Assembly (NCBI GenBank): GCA_963776245.1
Contig: CAVZLN010000003.1
Location: 256,001-320,000, forward strand
DNA: 64,000 bases
Direction of reading: 5' to 3'
Source: Candidatus Eiseniibacteriota bacterium
Lineage (GTDB): Bacteria; Eisenbacteria; RBG-16-71-46
The first letter of the stretch is position 1; every line of letters begins with the position of its first letter. This document shows positions 42,720 to 55,110 of this stretch, piece by piece. The notes beneath the pieces are model-generated. The model was not told the origin of the DNA, ran no database searches, and worked only from the letters and a program-made list of their open reading frames with translations. A program made the position numbers and the translations under genes.

Positions 42720-43499
42720 TCAGTGCGCCGGAGGCGGCACGGCGGAGGGGTCCGCCGCCGTCTTCTTCGCCTGGTTGAGGAGATTGAAATGGTAGTTGGC
42801 GCCCACGCGCAGCTCGAACACGCCGAGCGTGCTGTTGAACCCGGACGGGAAGCTCGCGTCGTCCTGCGCCGCCACGTAGTGCGAGGTCGCCGCGCCCTCG
42901 ACGCTCACCGCGGGCAATGCCTTGAGGAAGCGCTCCGCGCCGATCTCGATCGTGGCGCCGGGGTAGAGTCCGCGGTGCAGCTTCAGGCTCACGGGGTCCT
43001 TGACCACCCAGCGGGCGTCCTCGACCCACACCCGATACAGTCCCGGGCCCGCGCCGATGTGGTACAGCCAGGCGCCGCGGCGCGCGAGCAGCTGCATCTC
43101 CGCGCTCATCGGCAGCAGCAGCGTGAGGTACTTGCCCTTGTCGAGGTCGGCCAGGTGGTTCGGCTCCTTGAACGGCGGCTTCTCGCGGTTGGTGTAGGCC
43201 GCCCACGCGAACCCCGGGCTCACCTGCCACCGCAGCCACGGCCTCATCGTGTAACGGAACGCGGCGCTGAAGGCCATGCGGGGCTGCGCGCCCTTGGAAT
43301 AGTCCTCGGCGGCGTAGAAGAGCGATCCGCCGGTCATGCCGCCGATGGAGCCCGTGCCGGGCACGGCGCCCATGACCGGGGGCCGAGCCGCCGGCGGGGT
43401 GGCCGGTGCGGGGGGCGTCGCCTCCTGCGCCAGACACGCCGATGCGGCCGTGAGCAACGCCGCGGCCGCGATGCTCACCCAGAGGTAGCGCGAGTTCAT
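42720..43499 (-). CDS. Putative outer-membrane beta-barrel protein
   Basis: Signal peptide ...ACLA|QE; amphipathic beta strands; [11 protein letters not shown] near the C-terminus. Confidence 0.65.
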   Translation of the reverse strand: MNSRYLWVSIAAAALLTAASACLAQEATPPAPATPPAARPPVMGAVPGTGSIGGMTGGSLFYAAEDYSKGAQPRMAFSAAFRYTMRPWLRWQVSPGFAWAAYTNREKPPFKEPNHLADLDKGKYLTLLLPMSAEMQLLARRGAWLYHIGAGPGLYRVWVEDARWVVKDPVSLKLHRGLYPGATIEIGAERFLKALPAVSVEGAATSHYVAAQDDASFPSGFNSTLGVFELRVGANYHFNLLNQAKKTAADPSAVPPPAH

Positions 43500-43563
43500 G
43501 CGATGGAGACTCCCCTTCCGGGTCGGAAGGCAAGAAGGTGGGCCCGGTGCAGACGAGGCGCGG

Positions 43564-43593
43564 AGTATAGGAATGCCGTTCCGGGCCCGTCAA
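43564..43593 (-). promoter_or_regulatory. Sigma-70-type promoter for the OMP-guaB-arnT-asnB operon
   Basis: TTGACG-N18-TATACT on the minus strand. Confidence 0.7.
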
Positions 43594-43933
43594 GGCACGC
43601 GGCGCGCGACACCGGGTGCGCACGGGGCGCGACGCCGCGCTGGCCACGGCGATGCCACGCTGTCGATGGCGTCGTCGCCGCGGCGAGGGCGCGAGCCGCG
43701 AAGGACCCGCGCGGAACGCGCGCGGACACGTTCGCGCCGGTGGGAACGGCGCTTGCCCGGGGACGCGGCACACCCGACCGGGATCCCGCACTCCTCCCTG
43801 CCAGCACCGCCCGCACCCCGACCTCCCTTCACGACGCGAGAAGTCCTTCCGGGGCCGGCTGCCAACCGGCCCCCGTCCCGGCCCACCCGCGGACCGGAGG
43901 CGCGGAGCGGCTCCGCGCGCACATGACCGCGCG

Positions 43934-43963
43934 TTGACACATCACGAGAGCGGCTCTTACACT
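43934..43963 (+). promoter_or_regulatory. Sigma-70-type promoter for secDF
   Basis: TTGACA-N18-TACACT. Confidence 0.7.
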
Positions 43964-44051
43964 GCATCGCCTCAATGCCCGCATACGCCGGGTCGGCACC
44001 GGGACACCACCCCCGGAGCTCGCCCGGTCGTTGATTGTCATGGGGGGAACG

Positions 44052-45635
<1,584 letters not shown>

Positions 45636-45649
45636 GAGAGGGCGATCCC

Positions 45650-46570
45650 ATGCTGCAGTTGCTGATCGGCACCAACATCCCGTTCATGCGCTACCGGCGC
45701 TGGACCTACCTGTTCTCCAGCGCGATGGTGCTGGCGACCATCGTCTGGCTCGTCGTGCACGGCGGCCCGCGCTACAGCGTCGACTTCACCGGGGGCACGC
45801 TGCTCCAGGTGCGCCTCTCCCAGACGCTGCCCGCCGACCAGGTGCGCGCCGCGCTCGAGGCCGGCGGCTACCGCGGCACCGAGCTCCAGCAGATGACCGG
45901 GGCGAACGCCAGCGAGTACCTGATGCGCTTCCAGACCGGGGCGAGCGACCGGGACCTCTTCACCGGGGTGCAGCGGGCGATCGTGGGCAAACACCCGTCC
46001 GTCGGCGTGGAACTGCGCCGCGTCGAGCAGGTCGGCCCGAAGGTGGGTACCGAACTGCGCCAGAAGGCCTTCTGGGCGGTGCTCGGGAGCCTCGGCGGGA
46101 TTCTGCTTTACGTGGGCATCCGTTATGAGTTCAAATTCGCCCTCGGCGCCGTGGTCGCTCTGTTCCACGACGTGTTCGTGGTCCTGGGATTCCTCTGCTT
46201 CTCCGGGCGGGAGGTCTCCCTCACCGTGGTCGCCGCTCTGCTCACCATCGCCGGCTACTCGATCAACGACACGATCGTGGTGTTCGACCGCATCCGCGAG
46301 CGCTCCAAGGCCCTGCGCAAGGAGAAGCACTCGCGGGTGCTGGACATCGCGGTGAACGAGACGCTGTCGCGCACCGTGATCACCGCCTTCACCGTGTTCC
46401 TCACCGCGGTGGCCCTGTTCGTCTGGGGCGGCGAGGTCCTCAATGACTTCTCCTTCGCGATGATCATCGGCACGGTGTTCGGGACGTACTCGTCCGTCTA
46501 CGTGGCGAGCGCGCTCGCGCTCGATATCTGGATCTGGCTGGACCGCCGCAAGGGCGTCCAAGCCGAATAG
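45650..46570 (+). CDS. secF: Protein translocase subunit SecF
   Basis: VDFTGG, VGPKVG, HDV, GYSINDTIVVFDRIRE, TLSRT, GTYSS. Confidence 0.98.
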   Translation: MLQLLIGTNIPFMRYRRWTYLFSSAMVLATIVWLVVHGGPRYSVDFTGGTLLQVRLSQTLPADQVRAALEAGGYRGTELQQMTGANASEYLMRFQTGASDRDLFTGVQRAIVGKHPSVGVELRRVEQVGPKVGTELRQKAFWAVLGSLGGILLYVGIRYEFKFALGAVVALFHDVFVVLGFLCFSGREVSLTVVAALLTIAGYSINDTIVVFDRIRERSKALRKEKHSRVLDIAVNETLSRTVITAFTVFLTAVALFVWGGEVLNDFSFAMIIGTVFGTYSSVYVASALALDIWIWLDRRKGVQAE

Positions 46571-46581
46571 GAAGGGCTCAC

Positions 46582-47778
46582 ATGAACGCCTCCCGGCGCG
46601 CGACGCGCCTCGCCCAGGCCGCTCTGCTCGGGGCGTGCCTGCTGGGCGCCCTGGCGGTCGTCAGCGGCTGCTCCAAGAAGCTCACGAGTGTGGACCGCGC
46701 GTACACGACGCCCGAGGGCGCGAAGGGCGACGCGCAGCTGACCCTGTATCCGGCCGGTCTCGGGCTCTACGAGAACGTGTACTCGGACTCCGGCGAGATC
46801 GGCCAGTTCGATCCGCGGCCGTCCCCCACCGAGCCGGGCGACGTGCTGCTCAGGAGCGCGGTGGTCTACGCCGAGGCGGGCGGCCCCATCCACGGCCTGA
46901 TCGTGGACGGGACCGTGGCGAGCGCCTACCAGGTGCTGCGCCGGGAATCGAACGGCGGGCTGCATGGCCTGTTCGACTACGACCTGTCGCCGACCACGCG
47001 CTGGCTGGACAGCGGCTACGAGCTGTATCAGTTCACGGACGACCGTCCGTCGTCGTTCTCGCCCCCCACGTACGTGGGCCGCGGGGTGGTCCAGGGCGCG
47101 ATCACGCCGAGATCGCCGCTCACGAATTCCGCGACCCTGACCGCCCAGCCCATCATGTTCCGGTGCAACGTGTCCTCGAGGGTGGTCGTGAGGGACAACC
47201 TGAACGTCCTCGAGATCACGGTCCGGATCGTGGACCCGGTCCCGGGGGCCTCCGGCTACTGGCTGCAGATGTACCAGTTCCTCCCCTCGGCCTCCGAGGA
47301 TGACAAGCGGCTCAGCCAGTACCCGGCGCCCCTCAGCACACAGCGCGTGCGGGACATCTCGACATCCTTCGCGCGGCCGTCAGGCACCACGCAGATGACG
47401 CTGCGGGGCCAGTTCATCAACTACAAGAACACCTACCTGTTCCGGATCAGCGCCGTGGACACGGCCGGGCAGTACGTCGGCTGCCAGCTGGGCTACGACC
47501 GGAAGCTGATCCCCGTGTCCTCCACCGCGAAGCAGTGGTACGAGACCTACCCGACGCCGATCGAGCACACCACCCCGGACGCTCCGACCGCGGCGCCGCT
47601 CGCCGGTGCCGCGGGTGCCAGCCTCGGCGCCTCCTCACCGGGCTCGACCACGCTCACCGTGATCGTGGGCTCCGCGCCCCCGGTCGCGGAGGATCCCCTG
47701 AGCCGGCGCCTCGCGTCCCAGCCGGTCCCGCAGGCCCCGCGGGGCACCCCGGTCTCGCGCGGGAGCGGTGCGCGCTGA
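46582..47778 (+). CDS. Hypothetical lipoprotein, beta-rich
   Basis: Lipobox VSG|C followed by SKK; GAAGGG RBS; FN3-like YLFRISAVD. Confidence 0.7.
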   Translation: MNASRRATRLAQAALLGACLLGALAVVSGCSKKLTSVDRAYTTPEGAKGDAQLTLYPAGLGLYENVYSDSGEIGQFDPRPSPTEPGDVLLRSAVVYAEAGGPIHGLIVDGTVASAYQVLRRESNGGLHGLFDYDLSPTTRWLDSGYELYQFTDDRPSSFSPPTYVGRGVVQGAITPRSPLTNSATLTAQPIMFRCNVSSRVVVRDNLNVLEITVRIVDPVPGASGYWLQMYQFLPSASEDDKRLSQYPAPLSTQRVRDISTSFARPSGTTQMTLRGQFINYKNTYLFRISAVDTAGQYVGCQLGYDRKLIPVSSTAKQWYETYPTPIEHTTPDAPTAAPLAGAAGASLGASSPGSTTLTVIVGSAPPVAEDPLSRRLASQPVPQAPRGTPVSRGSGAR

Positions 47779-47785
47779 CCCCTCC

Positions 47786-48478
47786 GTGAGACCCAGGACC
47801 CGATGTCTGCTCGCGGCCGCCCTCGTGGCGGCCGCGCTGTTTTCGGCGGTGGCGGGCGCGCAGACCGCGCCGCCCGGCGCGCGCGCGTTCGGGATCGCGC
47901 GCCTCAAGTACGGCGGCGGGGGGGACTGGTACGGGGATGGCACCTCGCTCGTGAACCTGCTGCGCGGCGTGCGCGAGCGCACCTCGATCCCGGTGAGCGC
48001 GGAGCGCGAGGCGGTGGTGGAGCCGGGCGCGGCCGCCCTGTTCCAGTACCCGTTCGTGTTCGCGTGCGGCCACGGGAACGTCAAGCTGACGGCCGCCGAG
48101 ACGGAGAACCTGCGCGCCTACCTCGACGCCGGCGGTTTCCTGTGGGTGGACGACGATTTCGGTATCGAGCCCAGTCTGCGGCGTGAGTTGAAGAAGGTGT
48201 TCCCGGACGACCCGCTGGTGGAGCTGCCGTTCTCGCATCCGCTGTTCCACGGCCTCTACGAGTTCCCGGCGGGACTCCCCAAGATCCACGAGCACGATGG
48301 GGGCCCGCCCCGGGCCTTCGGGCTCATCCGGGACGGGAGGCTGGTGGTACTATTCACCTTCGATTGCGATCTCGGGGACGGTCTGGAGGACGAAGAGGTC
48401 CACCACGACCCGCCCGAGAAGCGCGAGGCCGCGCTCCGGATGGCGGTGGACATCGTCTGGTTCGCGCTCACCCAGTAG
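47786..48478 (+). CDS. DUF4159 domain protein (exported)
   Basis: ARLKYGGGGDWY, YPF..CGHGNV, LRAYLDAGGFLWVDDDFG, GLPKIHEHDG, DLGDG; start codon uncertain (47768 or 47786). Confidence 0.9.
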   Translation: MRPRTRCLLAAALVAAALFSAVAGAQTAPPGARAFGIARLKYGGGGDWYGDGTSLVNLLRGVRERTSIPVSAEREAVVEPGAAALFQYPFVFACGHGNVKLTAAETENLRAYLDAGGFLWVDDDFGIEPSLRRELKKVFPDDPLVELPFSHPLFHGLYEFPAGLPKIHEHDGGPPRAFGLIRDGRLVVLFTFDCDLGDGLEDEEVHHDPPEKREAALRMAVDIVWFALTQ

Positions 48479-48521
48479 TCCAGTAGTCCGTCCTCCGGCC
48501 GGGCCGCCCGACGGGACCCAC

Positions 48522-51500
48522 GTGACCCGACTGCCACTCCAACTGAGGCTCGCCCGCTCGCACCGCGCGGCTCGCACCGCGCTGGCGCTGCACCATGCGC
48601 TCCGCGCCGCGGCGGCGCTCTGCGCGCTGGTGGCGCTGGTGGTGCTGGCCGGCGTCCCGCTCGACTTCGGCGCGGGCTTCGCCTGGACGCGCGCGGCGCT
48701 CGCGGCGTTCGCCGGCCTCGTGGTGCTGGCCCGCACGCTGGCCTCCGCGCACGCCGCGACCCCGCGCTTCGAGGCCTGGGTCGAGCACGTCGAGCAGCGC
48801 TTCCCCACGGTGCGCTCGTGGCTGCGCAATGCGCTCGACCTCGAGCTCGCGCCGCTCGCTCACACCTCGGCGAGCCTCGCCACCGCGCTGCGCGAAGAGA
48901 CCGCGCGCCGACTCGAAGGCGTCCCGCTCGCCACGCTCTCGCCGCCCATCCGCCCGCGCGGACCGCTGTCCGCCATCGGGGCCGCGGGCGCGGCGCTGGT
49001 GCTGGTCGCGCTCGTGAGCCCGGCGCGCGTCGGGCACTCGTGGGCCGCGCTCTGGGACCCGGCCTCCGCCGCGCCGCCGGTGCGGCTGGTGGTCGAGCCG
49101 GGCGCGGTGCGCGTCTCCCCCGGGGCCGCGCTCGCGGTGCGGGCGCGGGTGTGGGGCACGGCGGCGACCCCCCGCATCGAGCGCGACGGCGGCCCCCCGG
49201 CGGCCGCGGTGCCCGAGGGCACCGGCGCCGATGGCGCGCGCGTCTGGCGCTTCGACCTCGCGATGATCACGCGCGAGGAGCTCTACCGCGTCCGCGCGGC
49301 GCGGGCGACCAGCCCGCGCTATCGCATCACGCTCGCCGGCGAGCCCTCGCCGGTGTCGTTCGAGGTCGAGTACCGCGCCCCGGCGTACGCCCGGCTTCCG
49401 CCCCAGCGCGGCGTCGCGACGCGCGGCGATCTCGAGGGCCTGCGCGGCACGGTGGCGACCGTGACCGCGACGTTCGACCGCGACCTCGAGGCCCTCGACG
49501 TCACCGGGCCCGCGGGCACGCCGGCGCGCTGGAGCGCGCTCACCCCGCGGCGCTGGCGCGGTGCGCTCGCGCTCGACCGCAGCGGCGCGTGGGCGCTGCG
49601 CGCGCGAGCGAGCGGCGGGGAAGCCGCGCTGCGCTACCGGATGACCGCCCTCGACGACGCCCCGCCGGCGCTGAGCGTGGTGCTGCCGACCGGCGACGCG
49701 GACCTCCCGGCGGGCCAGCAGGTGCCCCTCGAGGTGGTGGGCGAGGACGATCTCGGCCTCAGCGAACTGGCGCTCCAGTTCCGCAAGGACCCCGCCGCGC
49801 CCTGGCGCACGCTGACCCTCGAGCGATTCGCACGGCGCCCGCGCGAGGTGCGCGTGCGCACCGCGTGGGACGCGGGTTCCCTCGGCCTGCTGCCGGGCGA
49901 GAGCGCCTCGTTCCGCTTCGTGCTGTGGGACGACGACGCGGTGAGCGGGCGCAAGGCGGCGACCAGCCCGGCGTTCGCGCTGCGCTTCCCATCGCTCGCC
50001 GACCTCTACGAGCGCCTCGACGAGCGCCAGGGGGACGTGCAGAACTCGCTCGAGCGCGTGGCCGACCAGGCCCGCGAGCTCCAGCAGACGCTCGAGCACA
50101 TCGCCCGCCAGGCGCCTCAGGCACGCACCGACCCGCAGAGCAGCTCGTCGTACGAACGGCGCGAGGAGATGAAGACCGCGCTCGAGCGCCAGCAGGAGCT
50201 CTCGCGGCGCATCCACGAAGCGGCGGGCGAGCTGCGCCAGAGCCTCGAGGACGCCGCCGAGCGCCAGGCGTACGACGACGAGCTGATGCGCAAGCTGCGC
50301 GAGATGAGCGAGCTGGTCCAGCAGATCGAGAGCCCGGAGTTCAAGCAGGCGCTGGAACGCATCCGCAAGGCCATGGAGCGCATGGAGCCGCGCGCCAGCG
50401 AGCCGGAGGTGAAGCAGTGGCGCGACGCCAGCCGGCAGATGCTCGAGAACCTCGAGCGCACCCTCGCGCTGCTCAAGCAGCTGCGCGCGGAGGAGCGGCT
50501 GGCCGCGCTGGCGAAGCGGGCCGAGGAGCTCGCGCAGCAGCAGGACGCGCTCAATCGCGAGTCGGGCGCGCCGGCGCCGCGGGACACCGCGACGCGCGCG
50601 TCCCGGGCGCGGACCCAGGCCCAGCAGCAGCAGGACGCCGCCGAGCGGACGCGCGCGCTGGCGAAGGAGGCCCGTGAGGAGGCGCGGGCGATGGCCCAGC
50701 CCGAGGCCCGGCAGGGCACGCAGGAGGCCGCCGACCAGCTCGAGAACGAGGCCGCGCCGGAGCAGGACAGCGCCGCGGAGGCCCAGCGCCAACAGCAGGA
50801 GGACCAGGCGAAGTCGGCGGGTGCGCGGGCGAGCAGCAGCCTGCAGAGCGCGGCGCGGAGCCTCAGCCAGATGGCCACGCGCGCGCAGCAGGAACGGGAC
50901 GGCGTGGACCTCGCGGCGGTGCGACGCGCGGCCCAGGACCTGGTGTCGCTCCAGCGCGCCGCGCAGGGCAACCTCGAATCCGGCCCCGCCGCCGGGGAGC
51001 GTGCCGACCGCCAGACCGATCTGGCCGACGGGGTGGCGCGGGTCACGGATTCGCTTTCCACGCTCTCGCGGCGCTCGCCGTTCATCAGCCCGAAGCTCGG
51101 CGAGAGCCTCGGCCGCGCGATGCAGGGCCTGACCGAGTCCGGGCGCAGCCTCGCGCGCGGCGATCGCATGCGCGGCGAGCAGGCCGGCCGCGAGGGCAGC
51201 GAGGCGCTCAACCAGGCGGTGCGCGAGCTGCGCGTCTCCGAGCAGGGCATGTGCAAGAACCCCGGCCCGGGCAAGCCGGGCGGCCAGAGCAGCACGCAGC
51301 GCATGGGCCAGCTGGGCGAGCAGCAGAGCCAGCTCAACCAGCAGAGCCGGGCCATGGCGCAGCGCCTCTCCCAGCAACTGCGGCTCTCGGCCGGGGACCA
51401 GTCCGAGATGCGCCGCCTCGCCGCGGAACAGCAGCGACTGCGCGAGGAGCTCGAGCGCATCCAGCAGGACGACGAACGCGAGCGGAAGCTGCTCGGCCGG

Positions 51501-51833
51501 CTCGACGCCGCCCGCGATGAGATGCGGGAGGTCGAGGAGGCGCTGCGCTCCGGCCCGCCGGGCGACGACCTCGAGCAGAAGCAGGACCGCATCCTGTCGC
51601 GCCTGCTGGACGCGCAGCGCTCGGTCAATCGCCGCGACTTCGATCCCACCCGCGAGTCGCGCCCGGGCGAGGACCTCGCGCGGCCGAGCCCCGCCCCGCT
51701 GCCCGCCGGCTTGATGCGCGAGAGCGATCGCCTGCGGCTCGGACTGCTCAAGGCCGACAGCGACCGCTACCCCGCCCGCTACCGCGCCTTCATCGAGGCC
51801 TACCTGCGCGCGCTCAATGGAGCGCGCCCGTGA
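48522..51833 (+). CDS. DUF4175-like large membrane-anchored Ig + coiled-coil protein
   Basis: N-terminal TM helices, Ig-like PAYARLP and EDDLGL..L.L.F segments, WDDDAVSG.K, long Gln/Glu coiled coil, RILSRLLDAQRS. Confidence 0.8.
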   Translation: MTRLPLQLRLARSHRAARTALALHHALRAAAALCALVALVVLAGVPLDFGAGFAWTRAALAAFAGLVVLARTLASAHAATPRFEAWVEHVEQRFPTVRSWLRNALDLELAPLAHTSASLATALREETARRLEGVPLATLSPPIRPRGPLSAIGAAGAALVLVALVSPARVGHSWAALWDPASAAPPVRLVVEPGAVRVSPGAALAVRARVWGTAATPRIERDGGPPAAAVPEGTGADGARVWRFDLAMITREELYRVRAARATSPRYRITLAGEPSPVSFEVEYRAPAYARLPPQRGVATRGDLEGLRGTVATVTATFDRDLEALDVTGPAGTPARWSALTPRRWRGALALDRSGAWALRARASGGEAALRYRMTALDDAPPALSVVLPTGDADLPAGQQVPLEVVGEDDLGLSELALQFRKDPAAPWRTLTLERFARRPREVRVRTAWDAGSLGLLPGESASFRFVLWDDDAVSGRKAATSPAFALRFPSLADLYERLDERQGDVQNSLERVADQARELQQTLEHIARQAPQARTDPQSSSSYERREEMKTALERQQELSRRIHEAAGELRQSLEDAAERQAYDDELMRKLREMSELVQQIESPEFKQALERIRKAMERMEPRASEPEVKQWRDASRQMLENLERTLALLKQLRAEERLAALAKRAEELAQQQDALNRESGAPAPRDTATRASRARTQAQQQQDAAERTRALAKEAREEARAMAQPEARQGTQEAADQLENEAAPEQDSAAEAQRQQQEDQAKSAGARASSSLQSAARSLSQMATRAQQERDGVDLAAVRRAAQDLVSLQRAAQGNLESGPAAGERADRQTDLADGVARVTDSLSTLSRRSPFISPKLGESLGRAMQGLTESGRSLARGDRMRGEQAGREGSEALNQAVRELRVSEQGMCKNPGPGKPGGQSSTQRMGQLGEQQSQLNQQSRAMAQRLSQQLRLSAGDQSEMRRLAAEQQRLREELERIQQDDERERKLLGRLDAARDEMREVEEALRSGPPGDDLEQKQDRILSRLLDAQRSVNRRDFDPTRESRPGEDLARPSPAPLPAGLMRESDRLRLGLLKADSDRYPARYRAFIEAYLRALNGARP

Positions 51834-53482
51834 GGCGCTCGACCTTCGCCTTGCTGGGCTGCGTGGCGCTCGCGGGGTGCGCGGCGCTCGCGGCGGCCGT
51901 GGCACCGGCGCCGCGCCGGCCGCTGCCTCCCCTGGCCGCGCCGGTCCCCGCCCTCGCCGATGACGAGCCCGGCGTGCGCCGCGTCTTGCCGCTGGCGCCC
52001 GCGTCGCTCGCGCGCCTGCGCGAGGCGACGTCGCTGCGCGAGTCCGGCCAGCTCGACAGCGCGCGCCTCGTGCTCGAAGGGCTGCTGATCCAGTCTCCGC
52101 ACCATCCGCAGGTGCTGCTCGAGCTGGCCCGGGTCCACGAGGACCGCCACGCGTGGTCGGAGCTCGAACGGCTCGCCCTCCGCGAGCGGCTCGCCACCCA
52201 CGACTCCACGCTGCTGGCGCCGTCGCTGGCCACCGCCCGTGAGCGCACCGGCCGTCCGGCGGCGGCGGCCCAGGTCGCCGTCGAGGCCTGGGTGGCGTCG
52301 CCGCTGATGGGCGACTGGGCGCAGAGCACGCTCGCACGGCTGAGTCCCGCGGCCGCGAAGCCGGTGCGCGAGGCGCTGCGTCGCGCGGCCACCCAGCGGC
52401 CGGAGCGCGCGGATCTGGCGCGCGGGACCGCGCGCCTCGACTGGGCCGCGGGCGACGCGCGCGCGGCGCTGCGCTCGCTGGCCGACGCCGATCACGCGGG
52501 CGCGCGGCCGCCGGCGCGCTGGATTTTCGCCGAGGACCTGCTGCGCGGCGGCGGAGACGCGCGCGACTCCACGGGGGCGATGGACGTGCTGCTCGATCTG
52601 GCCGGGGATCGCGCCGCCGAAAGGTCCTACCGCGCCGCCGCGGCGCGGCGCGCGTGGGAGGTCGCCGAGGCCCGCGGCGAGATGCGCGCGCACGCGCCCC
52701 GCCTCGCCCACGCGCTCGCCGACCTGCCGTCCGACGCCTGGGACAGCGCCTTCCTGGTGGGGGTGGCGCGCGCGCTGCGCGAAGGCGGGCACACCGCGGA
52801 TTCCCGTGCGCTGCTCGCGCCGCTCGTGGGACGCCCGCAGGCGCCGGCGGTCTCGCTCGAACGCGCGCTCGCGGATCTGCGCGATGGCCCCCCCGAGCGG
52901 GCGCTGCCCGCGCTGCGGGTCGCCGCCTCCGAGTACGACGAGGGCGCGTGGCGCTACGCCGAGGCGCTGTTCTACGCCGCGCAGAGCGACTCGGCCCGGG
53001 CCTGGTACGAGCGCGTGTCGGAGAACCCCGCGAGCCCCTACGCGGGCGCCGCCTTCGAGCGCCTGTACCTGATCGAGGACGCCGATCCGCGCTCCGCGCT
53101 GGCCGCGTTCGGGCGTCTGGCCTACGAGGAATGGCGCGGCGAGCCGCGGCGGGCCGCCGAACTCGCCGACTCGCTCTACCGCTCGCTGCGGCGCGGGGCG
53201 ACCTGGGCCCAGGCCGCGCTCAGCCTGTCCACGCTGCGCGACGCGCTGGGCGACCCGCGGGCCGCGCTCGAGCCGCTGGCGCTGCTGGCCGACTCGCTGC
53301 CGGGCGACCGCCTCGCCCCGCTCGCGCGCCAGCGCCTCGGCGACCTCTATCTCGACCGCATCCGGGACGAAGCCCAGGCGCTCGCCCAGTACGAGGAGTG
53401 CCTGGCGCGGTACCCCAGGGCGTGGAACGCGCCCGAGGTGCGGCGACGCGTCGAGACCCTGCGCCGCGACCGGCGCTTCTGA
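51830..53482 (+). CDS. Exported tetratricopeptide-repeat protein
   Basis: Signal-like N-terminus; C-terminal TPR-like RLGDLYL..A..QYEECLARYP; GTGA overlap. Confidence 0.75.
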   Translation: MRRSTFALLGCVALAGCAALAAAVAPAPRRPLPPLAAPVPALADDEPGVRRVLPLAPASLARLREATSLRESGQLDSARLVLEGLLIQSPHHPQVLLELARVHEDRHAWSELERLALRERLATHDSTLLAPSLATARERTGRPAAAAQVAVEAWVASPLMGDWAQSTLARLSPAAAKPVREALRRAATQRPERADLARGTARLDWAAGDARAALRSLADADHAGARPPARWIFAEDLLRGGGDARDSTGAMDVLLDLAGDRAAERSYRAAAARRAWEVAEARGEMRAHAPRLAHALADLPSDAWDSAFLVGVARALREGGHTADSRALLAPLVGRPQAPAVSLERALADLRDGPPERALPALRVAASEYDEGAWRYAEALFYAAQSDSARAWYERVSENPASPYAGAAFERLYLIEDADPRSALAAFGRLAYEEWRGEPRRAAELADSLYRSLRRGATWAQAALSLSTLRDALGDPRAALEPLALLADSLPGDRLAPLARQRLGDLYLDRIRDEAQALAQYEECLARYPRAWNAPEVRRRVETLRRDRRF

Positions 53483-53495
53483 ATCGAAAGGCGAC

Positions 53496-55100
53496 ATGGC
53501 CCTGCTCTTCGGAAACCGTCCCCCGCTGCGCGGCCGCGACCCGCGCGGCCTCGACCTGCTGGCGCCGGTGAAACTGGTGGCCGCGCTGGTGGGCGCTGTG
53601 CTGTTCGCGGTGGTCGCGTTGCTCACCCTCGGCCTGGCGCTGCTGTTCCTGCGCAGCCGCGGCGGGCGGAACGGGCGCGTCTTCACTTGGCGCGCGGGCG
53701 GGCCGGCGCCGCCCGCCGGCGGGGACCCCGGCCCGGGCGCCGACGTGACGGGTGAGGCCGCGGATGGATCCCCGCCGCTGGCCGAGCCGCCCGCGGGGGC
53801 GCCGCGCCGCGAGCGCTCCTACGCCGAGGTGATCGAGATACTCCCGTTGGTCGCGGGGCTCTCGCTCGCGCTCGCGGCCGGCGCCGTGGCGCCGGCTCCG
53901 TCGCACGCCCGGGTGCTGGTGCCGATGGACGACCGCCAGACCGACCACCTCAAGGCCTACGGCCTCACCTACTGGGTGCTGACCCGCGGCCAGAAGGCCG
54001 AATGGCTGCTCAACTACCGCGGCGGGTCCTTCCTGCTCGGCGACGACGCCGAGACCGTGCGCGAGGCCAACGTGCGCGGGGTGACGGTCGAGGACCTCTC
54101 GGGGGCCGACGAGGCCGCGCTGCGCGCCACCATCGCCGGCGAGAACATGGAGTCGGTCGCGCTCGAGAAGGCGCCGCGGATCGCCGTGTACATCCCGCCC
54201 AATCTGCCGCCGTGGGACGACGCGGTGACCCTCGCGCTCCAGTACGCCGACATCCCGTACTCCAAGGTGTGGGATGAGGAGGTGCTCCGCGGCGACCTGG
54301 CGAAGTACGACTGGCTGCACCTGCACCACGAGGACTTCACCGGTCAGCACGGCAAGTTCTACATCGCCTACCGGGGATTCCCGTGGTACCGCGAGGAGGA
54401 GGCGGTGCAGAAGGCGATGGCCACCCGGATGGGCTTCGCCAAGGTCACCCAGCTCAAGGGCGCGGTCGCGGTGACGATCCGCGACTACATCCAGCGGGGC
54501 GGGTTCATGTTCGGCATGTGCTCGGCCACCGACACCTACGACATCGCGCTCGCGGCGGCCGGCCTCGACATCGCCGAGACGATGTACGATGGGGACCCGG
54601 CCGACCCGCACGCCTCCGATCGGCTCGATTACTCGCGCACGCTCGCGTTCAAGGACTTCCGCCTCGAGATGGATCCGTTCGTCTATCGCTTCTCGGACAT
54701 CGACGTGACGCAGGAGGCCTCGCAGCGCGGGCCCGAATCGTTCTTCACGCTGTTCGACTTCTCGGCCAAGAACGATCCGGTCCAGAGCATGCTGGTGCAG
54801 GACCACGTCAACGCGATCCCCGAGTTCCTCGGCCAGAGCACGGGATTCCGGCGCTCGCGCCTGAAGAGCGGCGTGTACGTGCTGGCCGAGGTCGAGGGCA
54901 CCGACGAGGTGAAGTACCTGCACGGATCCTATGGCCGCGGCACGTTCACCTTCCTCGGCGGTCACGATCCCGAGGACTACCAGCACATGGTGGGCGATCC
55001 GCCGACCGATCTGACGAAGTACAAGCACTCGCCCGGTTACCGCCTGATCCTCAACAACGTGCTGTTCCCTGCCGCGGAAAAGAAGAAGCAGCGCACCTAG
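53496..55100 (+). CDS. Conserved FCB-type exported protein (family I recall being auto-labelled 'asparagine synthetase B'; glutamine amidotransferase-like fold)
   Basis: PMD..QTDHLKAYG, WLLNYRGGSF, PWDDAVTL, YDWLHLHHEDFTGQ, FGMCSATD, GGHDPEDYQH, SPGYRLILNNVLFPAA. Confidence 0.75.
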   Translation: MALLFGNRPPLRGRDPRGLDLLAPVKLVAALVGAVLFAVVALLTLGLALLFLRSRGGRNGRVFTWRAGGPAPPAGGDPGPGADVTGEAADGSPPLAEPPAGAPRRERSYAEVIEILPLVAGLSLALAAGAVAPAPSHARVLVPMDDRQTDHLKAYGLTYWVLTRGQKAEWLLNYRGGSFLLGDDAETVREANVRGVTVEDLSGADEAALRATIAGENMESVALEKAPRIAVYIPPNLPPWDDAVTLALQYADIPYSKVWDEEVLRGDLAKYDWLHLHHEDFTGQHGKFYIAYRGFPWYREEEAVQKAMATRMGFAKVTQLKGAVAVTIRDYIQRGGFMFGMCSATDTYDIALAAAGLDIAETMYDGDPADPHASDRLDYSRTLAFKDFRLEMDPFVYRFSDIDVTQEASQRGPESFFTLFDFSAKNDPVQSMLVQDHVNAIPEFLGQSTGFRRSRLKSGVYVLAEVEGTDEVKYLHGSYGRGTFTFLGGHDPEDYQHMVGDPPTDLTKYKHSPGYRLILNNVLFPAAEKKKQRT

Positions 55101-55110
55101 GCGGGGCGGC

